NCBI GenBank assembly: GCA_021815445.1
Contig: JAKAGM010000002.1
Span: 307,720-371,719 of the forward strand
Source: a bacterium
Lineage (GTDB): Bacteria > Patescibacteriota > Patescibacteriia > UBA10025
Length of the DNA stretch: 64,000 bases
Direction of reading: 5' to 3'
A model generated the notes under the pieces. The model saw nothing but the letters and a program-made list of their open reading frames with translations. It was not told the DNA's origin and did not search any database. Position numbers and translations under genes: made by a program. This document shows positions 50,401 through 57,163 of this stretch, piece by piece. Positions within the stretch are counted from its first letter, which is position 1. Each line of letters opens with the position of its first letter.

Positions 50401-52559
50401 TGGATGCGAGGACGTACGGAGCAAGAGTTGAGATCTACAGCAATAGCACGACGGCGCGCACAGCTACCTTCGCGACTGGCACATATACGCTCTCCGGCGC
50501 ATCGTCACATCTCTACGTCATTGCCGACGGAGCATCTCCGGGTGATGTCACGCTTATCGGCGCCACGAATAATCCCACGGTAACTATAGGCGGAGATCTT
50601 GATTTCACCGGTGTGGGTACGGCAAGTGAAGCGATCACTTCGGGCACGGGGATATGGACGGCGTCAGGCAATGTGAATTTCACTGACGGCACGTACACGG
50701 CCACGGCGGGCAATACCCTCGTGATGAACGGCACATCAAAGACGCTTACCAGCGCATCACAGACGCTCTATAATGTCACGCTCTCAGGTTCCATCACCCT
50801 CGCAAATGCTACGCACACCATAGCGGGCAACCTTGACATGACCGGCGGCACAATTACCGCGGGAACGTCCACAGTGACGATGACCGGCACGTCGAATACC
50901 CTGAAGGGCGGCGGGAACACGCTGGCAAGTCTCACTATTGACCCTCCATCTGCGGGCACGATTACGCTCTCGACGTCAACGCTTGGCGCGGGAAATGTAT
51001 CGGTAGGCACGAATGGCATACTTGCCGGAACGGTTGATGTTACAGTGACGGGCAATGTTACCGGCGGCGGCGCTATCACTCTCACCGGCGGCACCTTCAA
51101 ACAGCTGGTGAATGCCACAAAGACATTTGGCACCGATGTCGCGTCTGCCAACGACTGGACATTCTATAATCTTTCTTTTGAGGCTGCGAGTACGACAAAG
51201 ACTATTACCTTTAACGGCACGGGAACAGGAAAAATTATCGCTACCAACGATTTAGCGACGGTCTTTAACACGGGATCTGTCGTTGTCGACGACGCAACGA
51301 ATGACCGTATCCTCCAGGTGAATGGGAACGTCAGCATTGTATCAAATACCGAGTTAAAAGCTCCCCCGGCAGCAGCTTTCTCTGTGGCCGGCAATTGGAC
51401 AAACGCGGGTACTTTTACCCCCGGGACCGGAACGGTCACATTCAATGCAACCACCGGAACAAAAACAATTGATACAAGTGCGGCCGCGGCGGGGAATTTC
51501 GGAAATGTTGTGCTGAACGATGGGGTAGGAAACGCGACGTTCCAAATTGCCAATGGGCCGATTACCGTGAATAACAATCTCACGATTACCCATGGGACGC
51601 TTGATACCGGCGCCGCGGGAAACTATGGGATCACTATCGGAGGTAATTGGACCAACAACGGAGTTTTTACGGCAAATAGCGGTCTCGTCACAGCAAATGG
51701 TACCAGCCAGCAGACATTTTCCGGGACGATGACGGGCAGTTCAAAGTTCAACAATCTGACCATTACCAATGTTTCCGGGACTGATCCCGATACCTCACCC
51801 TCGGTGATATTCGGTTCGAGTGCGCAGACCGGGGGCACGTTCACGGCAGCCACGGCCAACACGAAGCTCAGGTTCCTCGCAGGCGGCACCTTCACTTTCC
51901 AGAATATCAGCTTCAACGGCCAGGCAACGGGCACAAGAGTGTCGCTCCGCTCCTCCACATACGGGAGCGTGTGGAATATCAATGTCGCCGGCACGCGGAG
52001 CGTGTCGAATACCAATGTTGAAGATTCCGACGCCTGCGGGCAGGCGCCCGACATCGACGCATCAGATGGGACGAACGTCGATAAAGGCAACAACCATTGC
52101 TGGGATATCAACAGGATATCAGTGTCGCTCTCGGCCAATACAATCAACTTAGGCACCCTGAGCACGAGCACGGTGTCGCAGGGCTCCATGATTTCTACTG
52201 TGACGACAAATGCGCCCGACGGGTATGTCAGCGTTATTTACGATACCCAGGACTTCTCGACGGTAGGAGGGGGGACTATTGCGGATGCCGGCGGTTCTAT
52301 TACTAACGGCACCGCGGGGTACGGAGTATCGAGCTCCATGGCGAGCCAAACGGTTGCCCAGACGACGGGAGCATGTTCATCAGGCGCAGGGACCTTTAAT
52401 GCAACGAGCCTCACCGCGACTCCGCAGACATTCGCGTCGAGTGCCAGCGCTGTTACAGGCCAAGCGACGACGCTCTGTTTCCTGGCGACCCCGAGCGGCA
52501 CCACCGAAGCCGGCGGATACTCTGATACGGCGACTCTGGTGACCACAGGGAGGTTCTAG
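41457..52559 (+). CDS. Giant (3700 aa) membrane-anchored surface protein: N-terminal excisionase/MerR-type HTH, one TM, a Thr/Gly/Asn-rich beta-helix-like repeat region, and a conserved C-terminal domain ending LVTTGRF
   Basis: A continuous ORF whose track start is a TTG codon. The HTH_17-like segment is LSLEQVSEILGVHQNTLRNWDNIGKLKSVRIGKRHDRKY. A basic stretch then precedes the TM helix LLGFWLIGNVRSVIIYGLLGLVVFFF. At least six ~270-aa repeats carry the motif ARTYGG(N/A/D)VEIY. Confidence 0.7.
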   Translation: MRFISLGQFKEKIKRNKRFDFRSLPKLLSLEQVSEILGVHQNTLRNWDNIGKLKSVRIGKRHDRKYERDRIEKLFLDMRASQAGAKRDAQKNGKKHRRGAERRNEGPLLGFWLIGNVRSVIIYGLLGLVVFFFSVQNMSLGKILFARAENDALVTMRLQSADCSGWLNPEKARFIDALAKTPLDEFLETNSAVYSNQFAFRSAGPPALNEVPGQPVQPENTAANTSAAPVNDAAAPPANTAPAPVPSADPAPASSDQTAQVNPQLICQGYTFDQPVPDGSRLEKATLVVSFAADTFANNEDVVDFSYSFNGKDWKKLSSFALLQDMSNATNDGYLSYPIEVSSFDDIKNLSVRVDYNAFPATQGSRAFFDGAALDVLIRKPPPPKLANELTQSTTIVKADVAPSEDPTLDVTVEKKSTLDFLGVGPTTRDVQSVTITDPGGNTKTVNLDIQDKQVGKNTVAQYVIPKEDLSRPGLYKVSMQVEQDGYIQEVSKEFSWGVIAVNVRSSVIEPDTYTEVGMSVLDDFGHAQCAAFIEVTVRHPGNFVEKFSTTDKTVVKNPTCKDQSVTNEPDYSAFFTTTTVGKYTVDVTATTEKGTHTISDSFEVRSNPQFTIERTEFPTRIFPFVDYPVKFTVTSQQDFTGVFMEKVPVGFQIYDITQRGAELGGSNDPQYKVITWPVALTAGKPYTLGYTFNPPDQVPFLYKLGPANIGNFTEARQWQIASDAACSSAGSGAWTTTATWSGCRVGGPIAGDTVQINSGHMITISNSTAVAAASVTIITNNSATVNGLTFGNSGSSLAITGAITIPAATASGGSLVAVDAGSITTTSGTSSVSISGAAALTSIFRISTGSVTLTGGVTFGGTQSNAQLTFTGAGSLTIGAGMGTGGTFTKSTSTVTFNGTGAQNITGYNYNNLVVNNAGLTLTTVQDGANTFTVGGTTTITAGTLTMGNFAHTFTGATSVTGTLNTSGGTTGNRTFTGAVTVNSSGTWDLSGQNPATIFANGITVSTGATSFNNGTGTVAFNTNNQALAGSVGMTFGGTATIASGVTLTNNNTGTVNFSAATNCLTGASATLSIFTTGTNSTTQCASALLGAGGSSTGLLNPSGTGSTVEYNGGSQTVKAHNSTNNYVNIKLSGSGTKTLTTTDVTYTGNFDITCSSACSTALVVANTAIQGTLTVGANATFTAGAFALTVTGTTNVQNTGVLSITSATGTKAFNGDVTIDNGGRWSVAISVNFTLPGNLTNNGTFTPSTGTYTLSGAGKAISGTFASPFTTVTLTGGGAQNNAGTFTTATLNVNAAFANTGTITVTSALAGTNTLTNSTNGNLNINVAAASYTLTGLAASASGNTVSWGFAGAQTVTPSISYYNLTLAGSGAKTLTNVTTVSNNLTMAGTATATIVTATMAIGGDLVVGGGTTITIGATTTIGGGDITTSGTSATVGTSGTPTVTISGTGSLGGGTSPGLTFYDLTISGTQTINDPYAMTINHTLTVNGTLNGTGSPATLGSIVGTGTITMASPSAWLVYPTASINFGTTSGSTAWTFYSMTVSAVLASADVTLTTQAGTGDITFNGTLQLSSFGDSFYTNLNAGGRNWIMSATNNAKPFELDVGGAGVLIASTSTFQFTGNNASGNVTLQNATYNNLTLGGASAETFDTEASLTVSGTLNVAANGTLAIGSTHTVTHSGATLTLAGIISGAGRLAYQSATAFPTTGTISSIVRFDATNNDQTMSARTYGGNVEIYNVSSSFTRAVTMTATATQVISGSLSINAAGTAGITLDASVNNPTVTVGGSISSTAGGGGLQVLYAGTGSWTVGANFDMTNIQLTVGTGNTIIMSGTGTFTSGGYNMQNLTLSGTITLANAAHTVYGNLDMTGGTITAGTSTMYMRGTANLVGGNQSLYNLTANGNANTLTVTSNVTVTNVLTIGSVGDNNNDTMSINGGISVTSGTSGTVTLSGSGTDTISGAGTLVMQNSNLNTLGVLSSKVRFDATSGDINMPARTYGGAVEIYNNHATTARVVTMLATATQTLSGDLTVIAANGGDITLAGATYNPTVSITGSVAFTKSSTGTPIITTGTGTWTVGTTLDLTNGTFTAAATNTVLMGGTGNLIGAGQTLINLTIDGNGNTVTITTSDISVSGTLTIGGAADGNNDTLSIGSGRLVTSTSAGTVTLIGSGTDTISGTGTLVVKNNNLGTAGTLSAPVRFDATAADLTMPARTYGGDVTIYTFKVVVDRTVTMSAGTYIISGNLDMNPNNPQGGVRALTLDAATNDPAVNVTGNVTNSETGVLGYSIILAGAGTWTITGYANFQSQWGTGTDFLTETNSTLVMNGTSKTLYPGNNLTLYNFTSGGTIAASGMTVSNTLLISSGTLTMDMTLLTVGNNFTNNGAYTASSGTVNMTGTSGSIGGSASTTFYNLLINGTNITTTVNTSATVSATLTVGAAGDGNNDELSIASGKTLTSATTGTVTLIGSGTDSITGLGTLVVRNSNLEATNGTISANVQFNASSGSINMPARSYGGNVEIYSSGILPRTVTIASSGTVNITGNLTVTDAGTGVSLSGMNNPTVNITGSINPCNPATDAFITTGTGVWTVSAGADFTLCSLTATSGNTLVMNGAGTLRTSVNTLQNLTLSGTITLANEVETIAGNLDMTGGTITPGTSTIVMTGTKDLIGGSQTLNNLTINGVNTTVTAKTSNLSVSGTLTIGGAADGDNDTFTINSGIAVTSGTAGTVTLVGSGTDSITGAGTLTVQNSNLGTGGVLSPIVRFDATNGDIATMPARTYGGLVEIYNGHASTARTVTMSALATQTLSGNLSVIANSGGNITLIGALNNPTVNITGGVSFAKNSTGTITVTSGTGTWSVGGAVNFTNGTYTAATGNVLAMSGSVNLIGNGQSLYDLNVNGTTNTVTATTSDVSIAGTLTVGSGNILSIASGRTVTYSGSGNVAGTGTISGAGTITFTDTSGGPGTALTTLSAVSRYDATNGNIASTTLDARTYGARVEIYSNSTTARTATFATGTYTLSGASSHLYVIADGASPGDVTLIGATNNPTVTIGGDLDFTGVGTASEAITSGTGIWTASGNVNFTDGTYTATAGNTLVMNGTSKTLTSASQTLYNVTLSGSITLANATHTIAGNLDMTGGTITAGTSTVTMTGTSNTLKGGGNTLASLTIDPPSAGTITLSTSTLGAGNVSVGTNGILAGTVDVTVTGNVTGGGAITLTGGTFKQLVNATKTFGTDVASANDWTFYNLSFEAASTTKTITFNGTGTGKIIATNDLATVFNTGSVVVDDATNDRILQVNGNVSIVSNTELKAPPAAAFSVAGNWTNAGTFTPGTGTVTFNATTGTKTIDTSAAAAGNFGNVVLNDGVGNATFQIANGPITVNNNLTITHGTLDTGAAGNYGITIGGNWTNNGVFTANSGLVTANGTSQQTFSGTMTGSSKFNNLTITNVSGTDPDTSPSVIFGSSAQTGGTFTAATANTKLRFLAGGTFTFQNISFNGQATGTRVSLRSSTYGSVWNINVAGTRSVSNTNVEDSDACGQAPDIDASDGTNVDKGNNHCWDINRISVSLSANTINLGTLSTSTVSQGSMISTVTTNAPDGYVSVIYDTQDFSTVGGGTIADAGGSITNGTAGYGVSSSMASQTVAQTTGACSSGAGTFNATSLTATPQTFASSASAVTGQATTLCFLATPSGTTEAGGYSDTATLVTTGRF
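46600..50500 (+). repeat. Tandem ~640-890-nt coding repeats inside the giant gene
   Basis: The ARTYGGxVEIY-containing units recur at about 46631, 47444, 48083, 48975, 49762 and 50407. Confidence 0.6.
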
Positions 52560-52841
52560 AATCTTGAAGCAAAAACAGGTTTTCTGCAAAATCTAGGCAA
52601 CAAGAGCCTTCTCCGCAGAGGCGGATCCGCTTCCGGTGGAAAAGGTCTTTGTTATTGCCAGGGAATCCTGCCCGCCCCGCTTTGCGGAGCGAGGCGGGGG
52701 AATCAAGTCCATGGTTGATAGACACTCAAGAGCAAAGTATTTGACAAGAAACGATAAGTGTGCTATGCTGTAGCCAAGTGAAATGACAGTTTGAGTTTTT
52801 TCTGAAAACAAATTCTTAAAATCACCCAAAAATAAGATTGT

Positions 52842-53933
52842 ATGAGTCGAGTCTGCTCATATCCTCAATCAAAGTCCGCACATAAATACGTGAACCTGTT
52901 TTTGGTCATCCTTTACGTGGCAGTTTTTGCTTTTCTCGTGCCATTGCAGCCCGCCTCTGCCGCCACTCTCTCTACCTCCCGTGATTATCTGAACCGTGAA
53001 ATAGCCGACCTTGCCAGCGGTCTCCAGCACGAAGTCTTTCTCACCACCGTCGGCGCAGTCAGCGGCGGAGCCGGTATCAACAAAGTCATCCTCGTCTTCC
53101 CTGATGCAGACGACGGCAAATGGTGCCGCACCGCAGGCACTGACCTTGTCGCGACAGGCATTGCCAATCCTTCCGGCGGCGCCACGGAAACCGCCACAAT
53201 CCTTCCCGGCACCCTGACAGCCGCCTGTACCCAGGGAGCGGGGGCTTCAAGCTATGACACAATTACCGTCTCGGGCGTTAACAATCTTTCGGCGACTACC
53301 AAGTACGGCGTCCGCATCGCCCAGGCAGGATCTCCGGTAGGCCTGCTTGGCACCGCAACAGCCGCAGCCAACAATATCCAGGTGACGGTCAAGACGAACA
53401 ACGGCACCTCGGACATTGATACCGGAACCGTCGCCCTTTCACTCATCACCAACGACCAGGTGTCAGTCACGGCAACCGTGACTCCGACCCTGACCGTCGT
53501 CTTGAGCGCCAATACCGTCGCTCTCGGCACGCTTGCCACAGGAACGGTGACCCAGGGCTCTATCACCAGCACCGTGACCACCAATGCTAGCGGGGGCTAT
53601 GTCTCGCAGGTGAAGTACAACAATACGCTGACGTCGTTGGCGTCTGACACCATTGCCGACGCCGGCGGCACCATCACCAACGGCACCGCGGGATTCGGGG
53701 CTTCAACTTCGGCAACCAGCCAAGGCATTGCCACCATCACCACAGCCTGTTCGTCAGGTGCCGGAACCTTTAATGCATCATCCCTGACCACGGCCTTCCA
53801 GACCTTTGCCTCTGCAGCGGCGGCCGTCAGCAGTGATGCCACCACCCTTTGCTTCCTTGCCACGATCAGCGGCACCACTCCCGCCGGGTCTTACTCGAGC
53901 ACGAGCACGCTGGTGACGACAGGGAGGTTCTAA
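52842..53933 (+). CDS. Secreted Thr/Ala/Gly-rich protein sharing the giant protein's C-terminal domain (paralog A)
   Basis: Signal peptide cleaved near ASA-ATLS. The C-terminal ~150 aa aligns with the giant protein's C-terminus (conserved C...C pair, LATxSGTT, ends STLVTTGRF). Confidence 0.6.
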   Translation: MSRVCSYPQSKSAHKYVNLFLVILYVAVFAFLVPLQPASAATLSTSRDYLNREIADLASGLQHEVFLTTVGAVSGGAGINKVILVFPDADDGKWCRTAGTDLVATGIANPSGGATETATILPGTLTAACTQGAGASSYDTITVSGVNNLSATTKYGVRIAQAGSPVGLLGTATAAANNIQVTVKTNNGTSDIDTGTVALSLITNDQVSVTATVTPTLTVVLSANTVALGTLATGTVTQGSITSTVTTNASGGYVSQVKYNNTLTSLASDTIADAGGTITNGTAGFGASTSATSQGIATITTACSSGAGTFNASSLTTAFQTFASAAAAVSSDATTLCFLATISGTTPAGSYSSTSTLVTTGRF

Positions 53934-53936
53934 GAC
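52946..53936 (+). repeat. Tandem duplication, unit 1 (~991 bp, apparently 100% identical to unit 2)
   Basis: The sequence from GCAGCCCGCCTCTGCC through TTCTAAGACT recurs at an offset of 1189 bp. Both strands translate identically in the two units. Confidence 0.8.
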
Positions 53937-54027
53937 TTAATAAGAATAATTCTCGCTTAAAGCTGGTTGACCCTTCTCTGTTTGCTTGATACCATCATAT
54001 GCATAGGGGAAACACAAAAGTTACATT

Positions 54028-55122
54028 ATGATACACAAAAGAAAATTACTGCTCATGAGTAAAATGTTTCGGCGCGTTAGTTGTGCGTTCTCAACCATTG
54101 CAGTTCTTGTAGCGGTCATTTTAAATTTAACTATGCAGCCCGCCTCTGCCGCCACTCTCTCTACCTCCCGTGATTATCTGAACCGTGAAATAGCCGACCT
54201 TGCCAGCGGTCTCCAGCACGAAGTCTTTCTCACCACCGTCGGCGCAGTCAGCGGCGGAGCCGGTATCAACAAAGTCATCCTCGTCTTCCCTGATGCAGAC
54301 GACGGCAAATGGTGCCGCACCGCAGGCACTGACCTTGTCGCGACAGGCATTGCCAATCCTTCCGGCGGCGCCACGGAAACCGCCACAATCCTTCCCGGCA
54401 CCCTGACAGCCGCCTGTACCCAGGGAGCGGGGGCTTCAAGCTATGACACAATTACCGTCTCGGGCGTTAACAATCTTTCGGCGACTACCAAGTACGGCGT
54501 CCGCATCGCCCAGGCAGGATCTCCGGTAGGCCTGCTTGGCACCGCAACAGCCGCAGCCAACAATATCCAGGTGACGGTCAAGACGAACAACGGCACCTCG
54601 GACATTGATACCGGAACCGTCGCCCTTTCACTCATCACCAACGACCAGGTGTCAGTCACGGCAACCGTGACTCCGACCCTGACCGTCGTCTTGAGCGCCA
54701 ATACCGTCGCTCTCGGCACGCTTGCCACAGGAACGGTGACCCAGGGCTCTATCACCAGCACCGTGACCACCAATGCTAGCGGGGGCTATGTCTCGCAGGT
54801 GAAGTACAACAATACGCTGACGTCGTTGGCGTCTGACACCATTGCCGACGCCGGCGGCACCATCACCAACGGCACCGCGGGATTCGGGGCTTCAACTTCG
54901 GCAACCAGCCAAGGCATTGCCACCATCACCACAGCCTGTTCGTCAGGTGCCGGAACCTTTAATGCATCATCCCTGACCACGGCCTTCCAGACCTTTGCCT
55001 CTGCAGCGGCGGCCGTCAGCAGTGATGCCACCACCCTTTGCTTCCTTGCCACGATCAGCGGCACCACTCCCGCCGGGTCTTACTCGAGCACGAGCACGCT
55101 GGTGACGACAGGGAGGTTCTAA
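54028..55122 (+). CDS. Secreted Thr/Ala/Gly-rich protein (paralog B), identical to A after the signal peptide
   Basis: A different N-terminal signal peptide (MIHKRK.../MSKMFRR...), then mature sequence identical to paralog A. Confidence 0.6.
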   Translation: MIHKRKLLLMSKMFRRVSCAFSTIAVLVAVILNLTMQPASAATLSTSRDYLNREIADLASGLQHEVFLTTVGAVSGGAGINKVILVFPDADDGKWCRTAGTDLVATGIANPSGGATETATILPGTLTAACTQGAGASSYDTITVSGVNNLSATTKYGVRIAQAGSPVGLLGTATAAANNIQVTVKTNNGTSDIDTGTVALSLITNDQVSVTATVTPTLTVVLSANTVALGTLATGTVTQGSITSTVTTNASGGYVSQVKYNNTLTSLASDTIADAGGTITNGTAGFGASTSATSQGIATITTACSSGAGTFNASSLTTAFQTFASAAAAVSSDATTLCFLATISGTTPAGSYSSTSTLVTTGRF

Positions 55123-55125
55123 GAC
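54135..55125 (+). repeat. Tandem duplication, unit 2
   Basis: See unit 1. Confidence 0.8.
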
Positions 55126-55159
55126 TATATCTTTGGATGTGATCATAAGGAGGAACTCT

Positions 55160-56263
55160 ATGATATTCAAAAATAAATTAGCCGCGATCCTGTTTTTCAG
55201 TATTATCGCCGGACTAGTCGTTATTCCGCACGCAAGCCATGCCTTGACGCTGATTCCTCCGTCTCTTGAGTTCCAAGCCACTCCGGGTCAGACGTACCAG
55301 ACGACTGTCAAAGTATTTAACGAAGAGGAAAAAGATATCCAGGTATATACCGAGGTCGCCAATTTCGGTCCCCAGGGCGAGTCAGGCGTTCCCGCGTTTG
55401 ATTTTACCCAGCAAAGCACTGATTTAAGCGCATGGATTACGGTAGATAAGGGACCGTTTGCGATCAAGCCCGGGGAACGGATAGAGATTCCCATCAAAGT
55501 GAATCCGCCAAAAAACGCGGAGCCCGGCGGCCATTATTCCGCGATTTTCTTTTCACAAAATGCTCCCACTGATTCCGCGGGGACTCAGGTCGGGATTGCG
55601 TCAAAAATCGGCGTCCTTCTCCTCGTCAAAATCTCAGGTGACGTCAAAGAAGAGGGAAGTATAAAGGAATTCTCAGTGAGTGCGACAAAGATGCTGACTC
55701 GGTTGCCCGTCGATTTTAACGTACGTTTTGAAAATACTGGAAATGTCCATCTTCGTCCTACCGGGGCCATTACCATCAGCAATATGTTCGGACACGTCGT
55801 AGACACCGTGCAGATCAACCAGCAAAAAGGCGCCACGCTGCCCAAGTCGATCAGAAAGTATGACGCCCTCTGGGAACGGGCGCAGGTGAAGGCGACCACA
55901 GGAAACGGCTGGAGTAAGTTTTGGTCCGAATACAGAAATGAGCGCCTGAACTTCGGAATTGGGAAATACAAAGCTGCTCTCAGCATGGTCGCAGGGACTA
56001 ACGACGGTATCCGTGACACAAAGACCTTAAGTTTCTGGATTGTACCGTGGCACGTCCTGTTGATTTACGGGGTTGCGCTTGTTATTATCTTGCTCGCCCT
56101 GTGGCACCTGATTAAGCAATACAACAAGTGGTTGATCAACAAAGCCCTCAAATCACGGGCAAGCGTCCCGGGTGATAGCGATAAACAAAAAGAGAAAGCT
56201 GTCGTCAAGAATGAAAGCGGCAAGAGTGCCGGAGATAAGAATCAGCGGGATAAGGGCAAGTAA
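55160..56263 (+). CDS. Cell-surface protein with N-terminal signal, beta-rich ectodomain, C-terminal TM anchor and charged tail (DUF916-like architecture)
   Basis: AAGGAGG ribosome-binding site 6 nt before the ATG. The signal peptide IIAGLVVIPHASHA, the C-terminal TM WIVPWHVLLIYGVALVIILLALW and a Lys/Asp-rich tail are all present. Confidence 0.55.
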   Translation: MIFKNKLAAILFFSIIAGLVVIPHASHALTLIPPSLEFQATPGQTYQTTVKVFNEEEKDIQVYTEVANFGPQGESGVPAFDFTQQSTDLSAWITVDKGPFAIKPGERIEIPIKVNPPKNAEPGGHYSAIFFSQNAPTDSAGTQVGIASKIGVLLLVKISGDVKEEGSIKEFSVSATKMLTRLPVDFNVRFENTGNVHLRPTGAITISNMFGHVVDTVQINQQKGATLPKSIRKYDALWERAQVKATTGNGWSKFWSEYRNERLNFGIGKYKAALSMVAGTNDGIRDTKTLSFWIVPWHVLLIYGVALVIILLALWHLIKQYNKWLINKALKSRASVPGDSDKQKEKAVVKNESGKSAGDKNQRDKGK

Positions 56264-56292
56264 ATTATTTTATACCGTTCAATGACGCCGAT

Positions 56293-57156
56293 ATGACGAC
56301 ACTGCGCGCATTGTGTCGCTGTTTGCGATACATTATTGCCGGAGTCCTCGTTGCGGCGATGGTTATACCCTCGCAAGTTTTTGCGCTTGATATTAATGTC
56401 ACCGCGGAAGTGCCCGTACCGGTACCGCCGGAGATTATCGATGCAACCGTAATATTCAGCGGCTTTTCATATCCGAATTCCGCAATGCGGATACTCAAGG
56501 ACGGTACGCAAGTTGTAACAGGCGCTGCTGACGCCCAAGGCCGGTACACTATCACGGTCACGACAGCGCCGGGCGCATATACGTTCGGCGTCATTGGCAA
56601 AGATATTCGCGGGAGAGACGGAGCAGTCACCAACTTCTCCCTCGCTCTCACCAGTGGGGCGACAGTGACTATTAGCGATGTCTTTTTGGCGCCGACTATC
56701 GCGACGAACGCCACAAGCGTTACCGCGGGCGAGACTGTCGCTTTTTCAGGGTTTACCGTGCCGCAAAGCACCGTTACCCTTACGGTAAATTCGTTTCAGG
56801 AAAAGATATACACGGCTACCTCGAATAGCGCCGGAGAGTGGCTGATCAACGTTGCCACGAGTACGTTTGAAGCCGGTACGCACACCGCATCAGCGAAATC
56901 GACAACGGGGACATTGGCATCGGAAATTTCCGGCATCGTCAGCTTTATCGTAAAAGGCGCCCAGCCCCCGAACAAATGCGACGGTAAGGTTTCCGGTGAC
57001 ATTAATTGTGACGGAAAGGTAGACCTTATTGATTTCAGCATCATGCTGTATTATTGGAATGTGACCCATCCGGCGAATGCCCGGGTAGACATCAATGCTG
57101 ATGGCGTCGTGGATGAGGCAGATTTCAGTATTTTACTCTTTTATTGGACAGGGTAG
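56293..57156 (+). CDS. Secreted Ig-like-domain protein with C-terminal type-I dockerin
   Basis: Two 22-residue Ca-binding dockerin repeats, DINCDGKVDLIDFSIMLYYW and DINADGVVDEADFSILLFYW. Confidence 0.65.
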   Translation: MTTLRALCRCLRYIIAGVLVAAMVIPSQVFALDINVTAEVPVPVPPEIIDATVIFSGFSYPNSAMRILKDGTQVVTGAADAQGRYTITVTTAPGAYTFGVIGKDIRGRDGAVTNFSLALTSGATVTISDVFLAPTIATNATSVTAGETVAFSGFTVPQSTVTLTVNSFQEKIYTATSNSAGEWLINVATSTFEAGTHTASAKSTTGTLASEISGIVSFIVKGAQPPNKCDGKVSGDINCDGKVDLIDFSIMLYYWNVTHPANARVDINADGVVDEADFSILLFYWTG

Positions 57157-57163
57157 TCATCGT

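Noticed and set aside
42930-52306. Many 100-330-aa ORFs on the minus strand and in alternative frames inside the giant gene (e.g. 42930-43739, 43430-44158, 47088-47780, 48677-49678)
   Set aside because: These are by-products of the repetitive, codon-biased Thr/Gly-rich sequence. Their proteins are low-complexity Pro/Val/Arg strings without signals. The + strand frame is continuous for 11 kb.
52560-52841. GC hairpin CCCGCC...GGCGGG in the spacer after the giant gene, as a terminator
   Set aside because: There is no T-run after the stem. It may still be a structured element, but the evidence is insufficient to call it.
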